A DNA stretch of 64,000 bases from an uncultured Prevotellaceae bacterium. Its GTDB lineage: Bacteria > Bacteroidota > Bacteroidia > Bacteroidales > Bacteroidaceae. Every line of letters starts with the position of its first letter. The stretch's first letter is position 1. The notes under the pieces are model-generated. The model had not been told where the DNA came from and made no database searches. It saw only the letters and a list, made by a program, of their open reading frames with translations. Made by a program: the position numbers and the translations under genes. Shown here in pieces: positions 1 through 10,420 of this stretch. The stretch is taken from contig CADAOD010000021.1 of NCBI GenBank assembly GCA_902789415.1, forward strand, positions 5,030-69,029, read 5' to 3'.

Positions 1-1
1 C

Positions 2-328
2 GTGGGTGACATCGGTCATGCCATCGAGAAGCATTGTAAGAAATACGGCTATGGTATCGTTCGCGATCTGGCTGGACATGGCGTGGGTCTGAAATTCCAC
101 GAGGAGCCCGACGTGGAGCACTATGGACATCGTGGTACTGGTATGCTGCTGGTGCCTGGCATGGTGTTCACCATCGAGCCTATGATTAACATGGGCACCT
201 GGAAGGTGTTTATCGATGCCGACGACCCATACGGATGGGAGGTCATCTCGGAGGATGAACAGCCCAGTGCTCAGTGGGAGCATACACTGGTGATGACAGA
301 ACATGGTGTAGAGATACTGACGTACTAA
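2..328 (+). CDS. map: Methionine aminopeptidase, C-terminal part (5' truncated by window)
   Basis: GHGVG..FHEEP, FTIEPMIN and SAQWEHT metal-binding motifs. Confidence 0.92.
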   Translation: MGDIGHAIEKHCKKYGYGIVRDLAGHGVGLKFHEEPDVEHYGHRGTGMLLVPGMVFTIEPMINMGTWKVFIDADDPYGWEVISEDEQPSAQWEHTLVMTEHGVEILTY

Positions 329-329
329 G

Positions 330-1355
330 ATGAAGGATATATATATATTAGGTATAGAGAGCTCGTGTGATGATACTTCGGCAGCTGTGCTGAAGAATGG
401 TATCCTGCTGTCGAACGTTACAGCTTCGCAGGCTGTGCACGAGGCTTATGGTGGGGTGGTGCCTGAATTGGCATCGCGCGCTCACCAACAGAATGTGGTG
501 CCTGTAGTGGATCAGGCCATCAAAAAGGCTGGTATCACTAAGGAACAGTTGACGGCTATCGCCTTTACTCGTGGACCCGGACTGATGGGCTCGTTGCTGG
601 TAGGTGTTAGCTTTGCTAAAGGTTTTGCCCGCTCGTTGGGTATCCCTATGATTGATGTAAACCATCTGCAGGGACACGTGATGGCGCACTTTATCAAAGA
701 GAGCGAGGACGATGAGCATCAGCCACCATTGCCATTCCTGTGCCTGCTAGTATCAGGAGGTAACTCGCAGATTGTGAAGGTGAATGCCTACAACGATATG
801 GAGGTGCTTGGACAGACTATCGACGATGCGGCTGGTGAGGCTATCGACAAGTGTTCGAAGGTGATGGGACTGGGCTATCCCGGTGGTCCTATCATCGACC
901 GACTGGCGCGTCAGGGTAATCCTAAGGCTTATCAGTTTGCTGAGCCAAATATCCCAGGACTGGACTATAGTTTCTCGGGACTGAAGACTTCGTTCCTGTA
1001 TTCGATGCAGAAATGGGTGGCCGAGGATCCCGACTTTATCGAGAAGCATAAGGAGGATATCGCTGCCTCGTTGGAGTGGACCATTGTGGATATCCTGATG
1101 AAGAAGCTGAAGAAGGCCGTGAAGCAGACGGGTATCACGCATGTGGCTGTGGCTGGTGGTGTGAGTGCCAACAACGGACTGCGAAATGCGTTCTATGATG
1201 CCGAGAAGCGTTATGGTTGGACGATTTACATCCCGAAGTTCAGCTATACGACCGATAATGCGGCTATGATTGGTATCGTGGGCTATTATAAGTATCTGGA
1301 CAAACAGTTCTGCTCGATCGATGCGCCCGCGTTCTCGAAAGTGACGTTTAAGTAA
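330..1355 (+). CDS. tsaD: tRNA N6-threonylcarbamoyladenosine synthase TsaD
   Basis: LGIESSCDDTSAA, GGVVPELASRAH, GPGLMGSL, HLQGH, SGGNSQ, DNAAMI motifs. Confidence 0.97.
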   Translation: MKDIYILGIESSCDDTSAAVLKNGILLSNVTASQAVHEAYGGVVPELASRAHQQNVVPVVDQAIKKAGITKEQLTAIAFTRGPGLMGSLLVGVSFAKGFARSLGIPMIDVNHLQGHVMAHFIKESEDDEHQPPLPFLCLLVSGGNSQIVKVNAYNDMEVLGQTIDDAAGEAIDKCSKVMGLGYPGGPIIDRLARQGNPKAYQFAEPNIPGLDYSFSGLKTSFLYSMQKWVAEDPDFIEKHKEDIAASLEWTIVDILMKKLKKAVKQTGITHVAVAGGVSANNGLRNAFYDAEKRYGWTIYIPKFSYTTDNAAMIGIVGYYKYLDKQFCSIDAPAFSKVTFK

Positions 1356-1381
1356 TAATTAGAAAGAAAATAAAATAAAAT

Positions 1382-1897
1382 ATGGATTTTGAAAGTAAGA
1401 TTACAAGTAGAGAGATAAGTGAGATTCTTTGGGAGACGGAGAAGACGGTTGGTACTGCAGAGAGCTGTACTGGTGGTCGTATTGCCGAGGCTATCATCTC
1501 GGTGCCTGGCGCATCAAAGTATTTCAAGGGTGGCATTATTTCATATGTGAACGAGATAAAGGAGAATCTGTTGGGCGTTGATTATCAGTTGCTCGAAGAG
1601 AAAACCGCTGTATGTGAGGAAGTTGCGATTGCTATGGTAAAGGGAGCATGTAAAGCGCTGAATACCGATTATGCTATCGCTGCTACAGGTATTGCAGGTC
1701 CTACCGGCGGTACCAAAGAGATACCCGTTGGCACCATCTGGTTGGCATGTGGACGTCCCGAAAAAGTGGTAACCATGAAGTTGGAAGAAGACTATGGTCG
1801 CGACATCAATTTGGCCATTGCTACCAACCGTGCTATGGAGATGTTTTTGGAGTTCTTGAAGGAGGAAGATGCCCCCAGACCTACCCGAGAAGGTTAA
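1382..1897 (+). CDS. CinA C-terminal domain / PncC NMN deamidase
   Basis: TAESCTGG, ATGIAGPTGG..PVGTIW motifs. Confidence 0.9.
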   Translation: MDFESKITSREISEILWETEKTVGTAESCTGGRIAEAIISVPGASKYFKGGIISYVNEIKENLLGVDYQLLEEKTAVCEEVAIAMVKGACKALNTDYAIAATGIAGPTGGTKEIPVGTIWLACGRPEKVVTMKLEEDYGRDINLAIATNRAMEMFLEFLKEEDAPRPTREG

Positions 1898-2015
1898 AAA
1901 TTATTAATTCTTTGATTTTCCAGTCGTGTAATTATCTGAATCTCAATAAAATTGTGTAATTTTGCACGCTGTTTGGAATAAGTAAGTGTAAATCACAAGT
2001 AAAAAGTAGATAGAA

Positions 2016-2140
2016 ATGTCTTGAAGATTAGCGCTGCTGGTCTTCGTATGATTAATAAAGTAGGTCTGGATGCTGCCTTGAAGCAGGCTGTTGCCAAAGG
2101 ATTTGTAGACTGGAAGGACATTAAAGTGATAGGAGATTAA
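2016..2140 (+). pseudogene. rpmB: 50S ribosomal protein L28, only the C-terminal 39 codons present and out of frame with the ATG
   Basis: 2021-2140 reads [39 protein letters not shown], the Bacteroidota L28 C-terminus. It lies directly upstream of rpmG. The ATG at 2016 runs ATG TCT TGA (stop). Confidence 0.75.
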
Positions 2141-2144
2141 TATC

Positions 2145-2336
2145 ATGGCAGGAAAGAAAGCAAAAGGTAATCGTGTTCAGGTTATCCTGGAGTGCACTGA
2201 GCACAAGAATAGTGGTCTGCCCGGCACAAGCCGTTACGTTACCACCAAGAATCGTAAGAATACGCCTGAGCGTATGGAGCTGATGAAGTATAACCCAATC
2301 CTGAAGAAGATGACTCTTCACAAGGAGATTAAATAA
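2145..2336 (+). CDS. rpmG: 50S ribosomal protein L33
   Basis: [34 protein letters not shown]. Confidence 0.96.
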   Translation: MAGKKAKGNRVQVILECTEHKNSGLPGTSRYVTTKNRKNTPERMELMKYNPILKKMTLHKEIK

Positions 2337-2348
2337 TACGACTGAAGT

Positions 2349-2504
2349 ATGGCAAAGAAAACCGTCGCTACCCTCCATGAAGGCTCAAAGGATGGTCGCG
2401 CTTACACAAAGGTAATCAAGATGGTTAAGAGCCCAAAGACTGGCGCTTACGTCTTTGATGAGCAGATGGTTCCCAACGAGGACGTTAAGGACTTTTTCAA
2501 GTAA
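2349..2504 (+). CDS. DUF4295-family small protein (51 aa, absent from ORF track)
   Basis: Manual translation MAKKTVATLHEGSKDGRAYTKVIKMVKSPKTGAYVFDEQMVPNEDVKDFFK; usual position after rpmG in Bacteroidota. Confidence 0.85.
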   Translation: MAKKTVATLHEGSKDGRAYTKVIKMVKSPKTGAYVFDEQMVPNEDVKDFFK

Positions 2505-2561
2505 ACGGCTCTTGCCGCTTACTGTCGAAGGGACGTAAGTAAATACAAAATAAAAGAAATT

Positions 2562-2595
2562 AGAGGTCGCAAGGAAATTTGCGGCCTCTTTTTTT
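2562..2595 (+). terminator. Rho-independent terminator of the rpm operon
   Basis: AGAGGTCGCAA/TTGCGGCCTCT stem followed by a T run. Confidence 0.85.
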
Positions 2596-2643
2596 GGTTG
2601 TGTCGTAAAATTTACCTATCTTTGCAATCGAAAATATTGCAAT

Positions 2644-3597
2644 ATGGGATTATTTGGATTTTTTAGTAAGGATAAAAAAGAGACGCTCGACAAGGGATTG
2701 GAGAAAACCAAAACGAGCGTGTTCGATAAACTGACTCGTGCCGTAGCCGGTAAGTCGAAGGTTGATGATGATGTATTGGATAATCTTGAAGAGGTGCTTA
2801 TCACCAGCGATGTGGGTGTAGATACCACGCTAAAGATTATTCAGCGCATCGAAGAGCGTGTGGCTCGCGATAAATATGTCAGCACTTCTGAACTTAACCG
2901 CATTCTCCGTGAGGAGATAGCCGAGCTGCTGGCCGAGAATAATTCGGATGATAACGATAATTGGGATTTGCCCACCGATCATAAGCCCTACGTTATCTTA
3001 GTAGTTGGTGTGAACGGAGTGGGTAAAACCACAACCATAGGTAAGTTGGCTTGGCAGTTCAAGCAGGCCGGCAAGAAGGTTTACTTAGGTGCTGCTGATA
3101 CATTCCGTGCAGCTGCTGTTGAGCAGTTGTGTATCTGGGGCGAGCGAGTAGGGGTGCCTGTGATTAAGCAGCAGATGGGTAGCGATCCTGCCAGTGTGGC
3201 ATTTGATACCCTACAGAGTGCCAAGGCCAATGGTGCCGACGTGGTGCTGATTGATACCGCAGGCCGACTGCACAACAAAGTGGGCTTGATGAACGAGCTG
3301 AAGAAGATTAAGGAGGTGATGAAGAAGGTGCTGCCTGAGGCTCCCGACGAGGTGATGCTGGTGCTGGATGGCTCTACCGGTCAGAACGCCTTCGAACAGG
3401 CCAAGCAGTTTGCTGCTGTGACCCAGATTACCTCGCTGGCCATCACCAAGCTTGATGGTACTGCCAAGGGCGGCGTTGTGATTGGTATTTCCGATCAGCT
3501 GAAAGTGCCCGTGAAATATATCGGACTGGGTGAGGGGATGACCGACCTCCAGTTGTTTAATAAACGTCAGTTTGTAGATTCGCTGTTCAATGAGTAA
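2644..3597 (+). CDS. ftsY: SRP receptor FtsY
   Basis: GVNGVGKTTTIGKLA, DTFRAAA, DTAGRL, TKLDGTAKGG. Confidence 0.97.
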   Translation: MGLFGFFSKDKKETLDKGLEKTKTSVFDKLTRAVAGKSKVDDDVLDNLEEVLITSDVGVDTTLKIIQRIEERVARDKYVSTSELNRILREEIAELLAENNSDDNDNWDLPTDHKPYVILVVGVNGVGKTTTIGKLAWQFKQAGKKVYLGAADTFRAAAVEQLCIWGERVGVPVIKQQMGSDPASVAFDTLQSAKANGADVVLIDTAGRLHNKVGLMNELKKIKEVMKKVLPEAPDEVMLVLDGSTGQNAFEQAKQFAAVTQITSLAITKLDGTAKGGVVIGISDQLKVPVKYIGLGEGMTDLQLFNKRQFVDSLFNE

Positions 3598-4903
3598 GAC
3601 GATAGATATCATATCTCTGGGATGCTCAAAGAATCTGGTTGACAGCGAGACTCTGATGGGCTTGATGGAGGCCAATGGCTTTCAGTGCACGCACGATAGC
3701 GACGACCCGCAGGGTGAAATCGTGGTTGTTAATACCTGTGGCTTTATCAACGATGCCAAGGAGGAGAGTATCAACACCATCCTGGAGTTTGCTCAGGCCA
3801 AGACCGAAGGTCGCATCGAGAAGCTCTTTGTGATGGGCTGCTTGTCGGAGCGTTATCTGGCTGATTTGGAAGCAGAGATTCCCGAGGTGGATGGCTGGTA
3901 CGGCAAGTTTAACTATAAGAAACTGTTGAACGACCTGAAGGGTGAGGATTATAACGCTTGCGAGGGTAGGCGCCATATCACCACTCCCCGTCATTATGCC
4001 TATATCAAGATTAGCGAGGGTTGCGATCGCCACTGTGCCTATTGCGCCATCCCGCTGATTACCGGTAAGCATCAGAGTCGCCCCATGCAGGAAATTCTCG
4101 ACGAGGTGCGTTATCTGGTTAGTCAGGGCACCAAAGAGTTTAATGTGATTGCCCAGGAGCTGACCTATTACGGTGTGGATCTTGATGGCAAGCAGCATAT
4201 CGCTGAGCTGATAGAGCAGATGGCCGATATCCCTGGCGTGGAATGGATTCGCTTGCATTATGCTTATCCCACGCACTTCCCTTGGGATTTGTTGCGCGTG
4301 ATTCGCGAAAAGCAGAATGTTTGTAAATATCTGGATATCGCACTCCAGCATGTGTCCGACCACATGCTCACCCGTATGCGTCGCCATGTGACTAAGGATG
4401 AGACTTATGAGCTTGTTCGTCGTATGCGCGAAGAGGTGCCTGGCATGCACATCCGCACCACCTTGATGGTTGGTTTCCCAGGTGAGACCGACGAGGATTT
4501 TGAGGAGCTCAAGGCCTTTGTCAAGTGGGCTCGTTTTGAGCGTATGGGTGCTTTCGCTTATTCGGAAGAGGAGGGAACCTATTCGGCCGACAACTTCGAG
4601 GATGATGTACCCGAGGATGTTAAGCAGAGCCGACTGGATAAGATTATGCGTATCCAGCAGAATATCAGTGCCGAACTCGAGGCAGAGAAAGTAGGAAAGG
4701 TATTCAAGGTGATTATCGACCGTCGCGAGGGCGATTATTATATCGGTCGTACCGAGTTCTGCTCGCCCGAGGTTGATCCCGAGGTGCTGATACCAGCTGC
4801 CGAGGCAAAACTTGCTATCGGCAATTTCTACGATGTGATGATTACCGACTCGGAAGAGTTTGATTTATATGGAACCACAATCATTAAAACATATGAACAA
4901 TAA
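3590..4903 (+). CDS. rimO: Ribosomal protein S12 methylthiotransferase
   Basis: SLGCSKNLVDSE, VNTCGFI, radical SAM EGCDRHCAYCAIP, C-terminal TRAM domain. Confidence 0.95.
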   Translation: MSKTIDIISLGCSKNLVDSETLMGLMEANGFQCTHDSDDPQGEIVVVNTCGFINDAKEESINTILEFAQAKTEGRIEKLFVMGCLSERYLADLEAEIPEVDGWYGKFNYKKLLNDLKGEDYNACEGRRHITTPRHYAYIKISEGCDRHCAYCAIPLITGKHQSRPMQEILDEVRYLVSQGTKEFNVIAQELTYYGVDLDGKQHIAELIEQMADIPGVEWIRLHYAYPTHFPWDLLRVIREKQNVCKYLDIALQHVSDHMLTRMRRHVTKDETYELVRRMREEVPGMHIRTTLMVGFPGETDEDFEELKAFVKWARFERMGAFAYSEEEGTYSADNFEDDVPEDVKQSRLDKIMRIQQNISAELEAEKVGKVFKVIIDRREGDYYIGRTEFCSPEVDPEVLIPAAEAKLAIGNFYDVMITDSEEFDLYGTTIIKTYEQ

Positions 4904-5180
4904 AGACTTTATCACAGAATTGGCACAACGCATGGGTTATTCGGCCGATGAAACCCAGCAGTTTGTGAATTGCGTAGTTGATGCCATGGGCGACCATTTC
5001 CAGGACGACGACTCGGTGCTGATACCTACCTTCGGTACATTCGAGGTTAAAAAGAAGATGGAGCGCATCATGGTTAACCCTTCTACAGGACAGCGTATGC
5101 TGGTACCCCCAAAATTGGTGCTTACATTTAAGCCAAATGTAAGTTGGAAAGAACGTGTAAAGAATGGAGGAGCTGAGTGA
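4893..5180 (+). CDS. HU-family DNA-binding protein (start moved to ATG 4893)
   Basis: [38 protein letters not shown]. Confidence 0.9.
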   Translation: MNNKDFITELAQRMGYSADETQQFVNCVVDAMGDHFQDDDSVLIPTFGTFEVKKKMERIMVNPSTGQRMLVPPKLVLTFKPNVSWKERVKNGGAE

Positions 5181-7333
5181 TGGGAAAGATTTCGATACAA
5201 GAATTAGCTAATGTGCTGGTTGAGCGCAGAAGAATGAACAAACGCGATGCAAGTTTGTTTGTAAGTGCTATGTTCGATATCGTACAGCAGCGACTTGAAA
5301 CCGATAAGTTGGTTAAAGTCAAAGGTCTGGGTACGTTCAAGATTATTGATGTTGAAGATCGCGAAAGCGTAAACGTAAATACCGGCGAGCGTGTGCTTAT
5401 CGAGGGTCACGGAAAAATTACTTTTGTGCCCGATGCTCTGATGAAGGAGTTGGTAAACAAGCCATTTGCCCAGTTCGAGACGGTGGTGCTGAACGATGGT
5501 GTGGATTTCGACGATGTTACAACCACATCTACAGATGAGCCCGAGCCCGAAGTGGATACAGAGCCTATCGTAGAACCCGATCCCGAACCAATTGTTGAGC
5601 CAGAACCAGAGCCTATCGTGGAGCCAGAACCAGAGCCCATCGCTGAGCCTGAACCCGAACCTGTTGTAGCGCCTGAGCCTGCTCCTGTGGTGGAGCCTGA
5701 ACCTCAAGTGAACATCGACGACAATCATGAGGCAATGCCATTGGTTGACTTTGGTGACAACGAGGAACCAGAGCCCATTGTAGCTCCTGAGCCTGTGGCT
5801 GTTCCCGAGCCTGTAGTTGAGCCCGAGCCCGTTGTTGAACCAGAGCCGGAACCTGTGGTAGAACCTGTAGCCGAGCCAGAGGATAACCCCGAGGCCGAAG
5901 CTAATGAGGTTGCGGATTTGGACGATGAGTTCGACGACGATATAGACGATGAACTTGAGGAGGAACTTAAGTTAGGTATGACTATTCGTCCTGAGACAAC
6001 AGTTCGCCCAAAGGAAGAACCAAAAGTTCTGGAAGATATCGCCGATGAAGATATTCCTGAATGGGTTATCGAGCCTTATGTTGCTTCGCCTGCCGAAGCA
6101 CCGGCAGAGCCAGCACCAGTCGTGGAGCCGGAGCCAATTGTAGCTCCAGAGCCCGAGCCTGTTGTAGAACCCGAACCAATTGTCACTCCTGAGCCCGAGC
6201 CAGTAGTAGAGCCAGAGCCAATTGTAGCTCCAGAGCCTGAGCCAATTGTCGCTCCTGAGCCTGTGGTTGAAACTCCAAAGCCTGCAATGAATTCTAATCT
6301 GCAATCGATTTTGAGTTCGTTCCAGACTATCAAGAAACCTGCTCCAGCTCCTGAACCCGAGCCTGCTCCAGAGCCAATCGTTGCTCCTGAGCCCGAGCCA
6401 ATCGTTGCTCCCGAGCCTGAGCCAGTTTATACTCCTGAGCCAGAGCCCGTTAGCCCTGTTGTAACCCAGCTCTCTGACGAGACCAAAATTACCGAGGAGT
6501 CGCTCCTTGATATGCCTGAGGATGAGCCCGAGCCAGTAGTGTTCCACGAGCCCGAGCCTGTGGTAGCTCCAGAACCAACTCCAGTAGTCGAGGAGCATAA
6601 GCTTACAGCTGATGAGGAGCTTGAGGCTGTTATTCCTGAAGAGCCCGAGAACGAGGAGCCTGAATACGAGTTTGAGTCAGCCCGTCCACGCAAGTCGGCC
6701 GGAAAATGGCTGTTGGCCTTGCTGGCATGTATCATTGGCTTAGGTTGTGGCTATCTGTTGGGTAATCATTATCCATATGCTAACTTCCTGCCTGATGAGA
6801 GCAGCGAGACCGTGATCCACGTTCAGAAGGAAGCCGCTCCTGAGGCACAGGCCGCTCCTGAGGTTGAAGCTGTAGTAGAGGAGACGCCTGCCGAAGTTGA
6901 GCAGCCAGCTGCCGAGTCTGATACCAAAGCTGCTGAAGCAAAGGCTGCCGAAGAGGCTAAGGCTGCAGAGGCTAAAGCCAAAGCAGATGCCGAAGCAAAG
7001 GCAAAAGCCGAGGCTGCTGCCAAGGCAAAGGCCGAAGCCGAAGCTAAGGCTAAGAAGGAGGCAGAGGCCAAAGCCAAAGCAGATAAGTACGATGCGATGG
7101 ACGCCAGAGTACGTCTTGGTGCCTACCGTATAGTTGGTACCGACCGCACAGTAAAGGTTAAGGAAGGCGAGAATCTTGTAAAGATTTCACGTCGTGTTTT
7201 TGGCCCCGATATGGAGTGCTATCTTGAGGTATATAATAACATCAAAGCCTCTACACCACTCAAGGTTGGTCAGGAAATCAAGATTCCAAAACTGGAGCTG
7301 AAGAAGAAAAAGAAGGCCACAACAGCCAACTAA
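5177..7333 (+). CDS. HU-domain protein with a long Pro/Glu-rich linker, one TM helix, an Ala/Lys/Glu-rich helix and a C-terminal LysM-like domain
   Basis: N-terminal [30 protein letters not shown]; (V/I)xxPEPEP repeats; [19 protein letters not shown]; [26 protein letters not shown]. Confidence 0.8.
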   Translation: MMGKISIQELANVLVERRRMNKRDASLFVSAMFDIVQQRLETDKLVKVKGLGTFKIIDVEDRESVNVNTGERVLIEGHGKITFVPDALMKELVNKPFAQFETVVLNDGVDFDDVTTTSTDEPEPEVDTEPIVEPDPEPIVEPEPEPIVEPEPEPIAEPEPEPVVAPEPAPVVEPEPQVNIDDNHEAMPLVDFGDNEEPEPIVAPEPVAVPEPVVEPEPVVEPEPEPVVEPVAEPEDNPEAEANEVADLDDEFDDDIDDELEEELKLGMTIRPETTVRPKEEPKVLEDIADEDIPEWVIEPYVASPAEAPAEPAPVVEPEPIVAPEPEPVVEPEPIVTPEPEPVVEPEPIVAPEPEPIVAPEPVVETPKPAMNSNLQSILSSFQTIKKPAPAPEPEPAPEPIVAPEPEPIVAPEPEPVYTPEPEPVSPVVTQLSDETKITEESLLDMPEDEPEPVVFHEPEPVVAPEPTPVVEEHKLTADEELEAVIPEEPENEEPEYEFESARPRKSAGKWLLALLACIIGLGCGYLLGNHYPYANFLPDESSETVIHVQKEAAPEAQAAPEVEAVVEETPAEVEQPAAESDTKAAEAKAAEEAKAAEAKAKADAEAKAKAEAAAKAKAEAEAKAKKEAEAKAKADKYDAMDARVRLGAYRIVGTDRTVKVKEGENLVKISRRVFGPDMECYLEVYNNIKASTPLKVGQEIKIPKLELKKKKKATTAN

Positions 7334-7477
7334 ATCAGCAAATAATGAAAAAGTTTCTTAAAACTTAGGTTTTGGGAAACTTTTTTAATATTATTTAGAC
7401 TGATAAAGTGCGGCAAAGTCCTTTAAAAAAAGTATTTTTGCAGTCAAATTTAGAAAACAATTAAAGATATAAATATT

Positions 7478-8473
7478 ATGGCAGAAGCTATTGATATCCG
7501 AGAGTTAAATATTCGGATTGAACAACAAAGCGCATTTGTAACAAATCTTGTAAGTGGAATGGACCGCGTTATCGTGGGTCAGAAACATCTTGTTGATTCG
7601 CTTTTGATAGGTTTGTTGAGTGATGGACATATTTTGCTGGAAGGTGTGCCAGGTCTGGCTAAGACTTTGGCCATTAAGACCCTTTCGCAGTTAATCGATT
7701 CAGATTATAGTCGTATTCAGTTTACCCCCGACTTGCTCCCAGCCGACGTGATCGGTACTATGATCTACTCGCAGAAGGACGAGAAGTTCCAGGTAAAGCA
7801 GGGCCCCGTGTTTGCCAACTTCGTGCTGGCCGATGAAATTAACCGTGCCCCAGCCAAGGTGCAGAGTGCACTGCTCGAGGCCATGCAGGAAAAGCAGGTT
7901 ACCATCGGTAGTCAGACTTTTAAGTTGCCAAACCCATTCCTGGTGATGGCTACACAGAACCCCATCGAGCAGGAGGGAACCTATCCTCTGCCCGAGGCAC
8001 AGGTCGATCGTTTCATGCTCAAGGTAGTGATTGATTATCCTACACTCGAGGAGGAGAAGAAGATTATCCGCGAGAATATCGCAGGCGAGATGCCTACTGT
8101 TACTCCTGTAACCACAGCCGATGAGATTCTGAAGGCTCGCAGCGTGGTTCGCGAGGTTTATATCGACGAGAAGATCGAGCAGTATATTGCCGATATCGTG
8201 TTCGCCACCCGTTATCCCGAGCGTTATGGCTTGAAGGATCTCAAGGATATGATTTCGTTTGGTGGTTCGCCTCGTGCCAGCATCAATCTGGCTAAGGCCG
8301 CTCGCGCTTATGCTTTCATTAAGCGTCGTGGCTACGTGGTTCCCGAGGATGTTCGTGCTGTGGCTCATGATGTATTGCGCCATCGTATCGGACTTACCTA
8401 CGAGGCCGAGGCCAGCAATATTACCAGCGAGGAGATTGTTTCGAAGATTATTAATAAGGTTGAAGTGCCCTGA
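7478..8473 (+). CDS. MoxR-family AAA+ ATPase
   Basis: LLEGVPGLAKT, RIQFTPDLLPAD, LADEINRAPAKVQSALLEAM, ATQNPIEQEGTYPLPEAQVDRF. Confidence 0.95.
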   Translation: MAEAIDIRELNIRIEQQSAFVTNLVSGMDRVIVGQKHLVDSLLIGLLSDGHILLEGVPGLAKTLAIKTLSQLIDSDYSRIQFTPDLLPADVIGTMIYSQKDEKFQVKQGPVFANFVLADEINRAPAKVQSALLEAMQEKQVTIGSQTFKLPNPFLVMATQNPIEQEGTYPLPEAQVDRFMLKVVIDYPTLEEEKKIIRENIAGEMPTVTPVTTADEILKARSVVREVYIDEKIEQYIADIVFATRYPERYGLKDLKDMISFGGSPRASINLAKAARAYAFIKRRGYVVPEDVRAVAHDVLRHRIGLTYEAEASNITSEEIVSKIINKVEVP

Positions 8474-9342
8474 TGGAAACCTCTGAGATCATCAAGAAAG
8501 TCCGTAAGATCGAGATCAAGACCCGCGGCTTGAGCTCAAACATCTTTGCAGGTCAGTACCACTCTGCCTTTAAGGGTAGGGGTATGGCCTTTAGCGAGGT
8601 GCGCGAGTATCAGTTCGGTGATGATGTGCGAGATATCGACTGGAATGTGACTGCTCGTTTCCATCGTCCATATGTAAAGGTGTTTGAAGAGGAGCGCGAG
8701 CTGACGGTGATGCTGTTGATCGACGTCAGCGGATCGCTTGATTTTGGCACCCAGAAGCAGATGAAGCGCGATATGGTGACCGAGATTGCTGCCACCCTTG
8801 CCTTCAGTGCTATTCAGAACAACGATAAGATTGGTGTGATATTCTTCTCGGATAAGATCGAGAAGTACATCCCGCCCAAGAAAGGCCGCAAGCATATCCT
8901 TTACATTATCCGTGAGATGCTCGACTTTAAGCCCGAGTCAACACGTACGGATATCAAGCAGGCCATTGAGTTCTTGTCGAGTGTCCAGAAACGTCGTACT
9001 ACAGCCTTTATCCTGAGCGACTTCTATGTGCGTAGCGATTTCCAGCAGTCGTTGCAGATTGCCAATCGCAAGCACGATGTGGTAGCCATCCAGGTGTACG
9101 ACCAGCGTGCACGCGAGTTGCCCGATGTGGGACTGATGAAGGTTGTTGATGCCGAAACTGGCTACGAGCAGTATGTGGATACAAGTTCCAAAAAGCTGCG
9201 CCAGGCTTACCAGAAATACTGGTTAACCCGCCAGGCACAGTTGCAGGATACTTTTAATAAGAGCAATGTAGATAACGTGAGCATAGCCACTAATCAGGAC
9301 TTTGTTAAATCGTTGCTGTTGCTATTTAAACAACGTAGTTAA
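8473..9342 (+). CDS. DUF58 (VWA-like) MoxR-associated protein
   Basis: GRGMAFSEVREYQFGDDVRDIDWNVTAR, KVFEEEREL. Confidence 0.92.
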   Translation: METSEIIKKVRKIEIKTRGLSSNIFAGQYHSAFKGRGMAFSEVREYQFGDDVRDIDWNVTARFHRPYVKVFEEERELTVMLLIDVSGSLDFGTQKQMKRDMVTEIAATLAFSAIQNNDKIGVIFFSDKIEKYIPPKKGRKHILYIIREMLDFKPESTRTDIKQAIEFLSSVQKRRTTAFILSDFYVRSDFQQSLQIANRKHDVVAIQVYDQRARELPDVGLMKVVDAETGYEQYVDTSSKKLRQAYQKYWLTRQAQLQDTFNKSNVDNVSIATNQDFVKSLLLLFKQRS

Positions 9343-10410
9343 ATGAAACGTATATTTCTTCTTATATCGCTGATTACTAATGCACTGCTGATTTCGGCAC
9401 AAGTGTCTGTCGAGGCTGAGATTGACTCGATTCAGATCTTTGTTGGTCAGCAGACTCACCTCAGGCTCACTACCCATGTGCAGCCCAATCAAAAGGTTGA
9501 GTTCCCTAAGTTTCAGCCCACACAGATGATTACACCTGGTGTCGAAGTGCTGAACTGCGAGGAGCAAACGCAGGATGGCGGCGATGGATTCGAAGCCCGC
9601 ACGATGGTGTACACACTCACCTCGTTCGACGATACCCTTTATTATCTGCCACCACTTACCGTTAAAGTGGATGGTAAGCAGTATAAGAGTAAGAGTTTGG
9701 CCCTGAAGGTGTTAACCATCGATGTGGATACCACTAAGGTCGATCAGTTCTTTGGTCCTAAGGATGTGCAGGACAACCCGTTCCTTTGGAGCGAGTGGAG
9801 CTTGCCATTCTGGTTGAGTGTGCTCATGCTGGTACTGCTGGCCCTGTGCTATTATCTGTACCTGCGTTTGCGCGACAACAAGCCCATCATCACCCATATC
9901 CGCATTGTTAAGCGTCTGCTGCCACATCAGAAGGCTATGCAGGAAATCGAGCAGATTAAGGCCGATAAGATGGTGGCTTCAGAGAACTCTAAGGAGTACT
10001 ACACCAAGCTTACCGACACCCTGCGTAAGTATATCGAGGAGCGTTACGGATTTAATGCGATGGAGATGACCAGTAGCGAGATTATCGAGCGCCTCACCGC
10101 TTCGCAGGATCAGAAGGCTCTCGACGAGTTGCGCGAGCTGTTTATGACAGCCGACCTGGTTAAGTTCGCCAAGCATTCTACACTCATTAACGAGAACGAT
10201 AAGAACCTGGTGAGCGCTATCGACTTCATCAATCAGACCAAGCTCGAGAATCAGCCTGTAGAAGAAAAGGTTAAACCACAACTCTCTGAGGAGGACCAGC
10301 GCACACAGAAGTCGCGCCGCCTGCTCAAAACCGTTATCACGCTTATCTCGGTGGTATGTGCCGGATTGTTCGGCTTTGTGGCTTACACCCTTTATCAGTT
10401 ATTGAATTAA
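9343..10410 (+). CDS. Bat-cluster membrane protein
   Basis: Signal peptide, two TM segments, YYTKLTDTLRKYIEERYG..AMEMTS..ADLVKFAK; lies between DUF58 and batA. Confidence 0.75.
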   Translation: MKRIFLLISLITNALLISAQVSVEAEIDSIQIFVGQQTHLRLTTHVQPNQKVEFPKFQPTQMITPGVEVLNCEEQTQDGGDGFEARTMVYTLTSFDDTLYYLPPLTVKVDGKQYKSKSLALKVLTIDVDTTKVDQFFGPKDVQDNPFLWSEWSLPFWLSVLMLVLLALCYYLYLRLRDNKPIITHIRIVKRLLPHQKAMQEIEQIKADKMVASENSKEYYTKLTDTLRKYIEERYGFNAMEMTSSEIIERLTASQDQKALDELRELFMTADLVKFAKHSTLINENDKNLVSAIDFINQTKLENQPVEEKVKPQLSEEDQRTQKSRRLLKTVITLISVVCAGLFGFVAYTLYQLLN

Positions 10411-10420
10411 AACAGAACAA

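Noticed and set aside
5540-6660. Repetitive DNA in 5177-7333 and antisense GSG-rich ORFs
   Set aside because: Explained by degenerate PEPEP coding repeats; the opposite-strand ORFs are shadows
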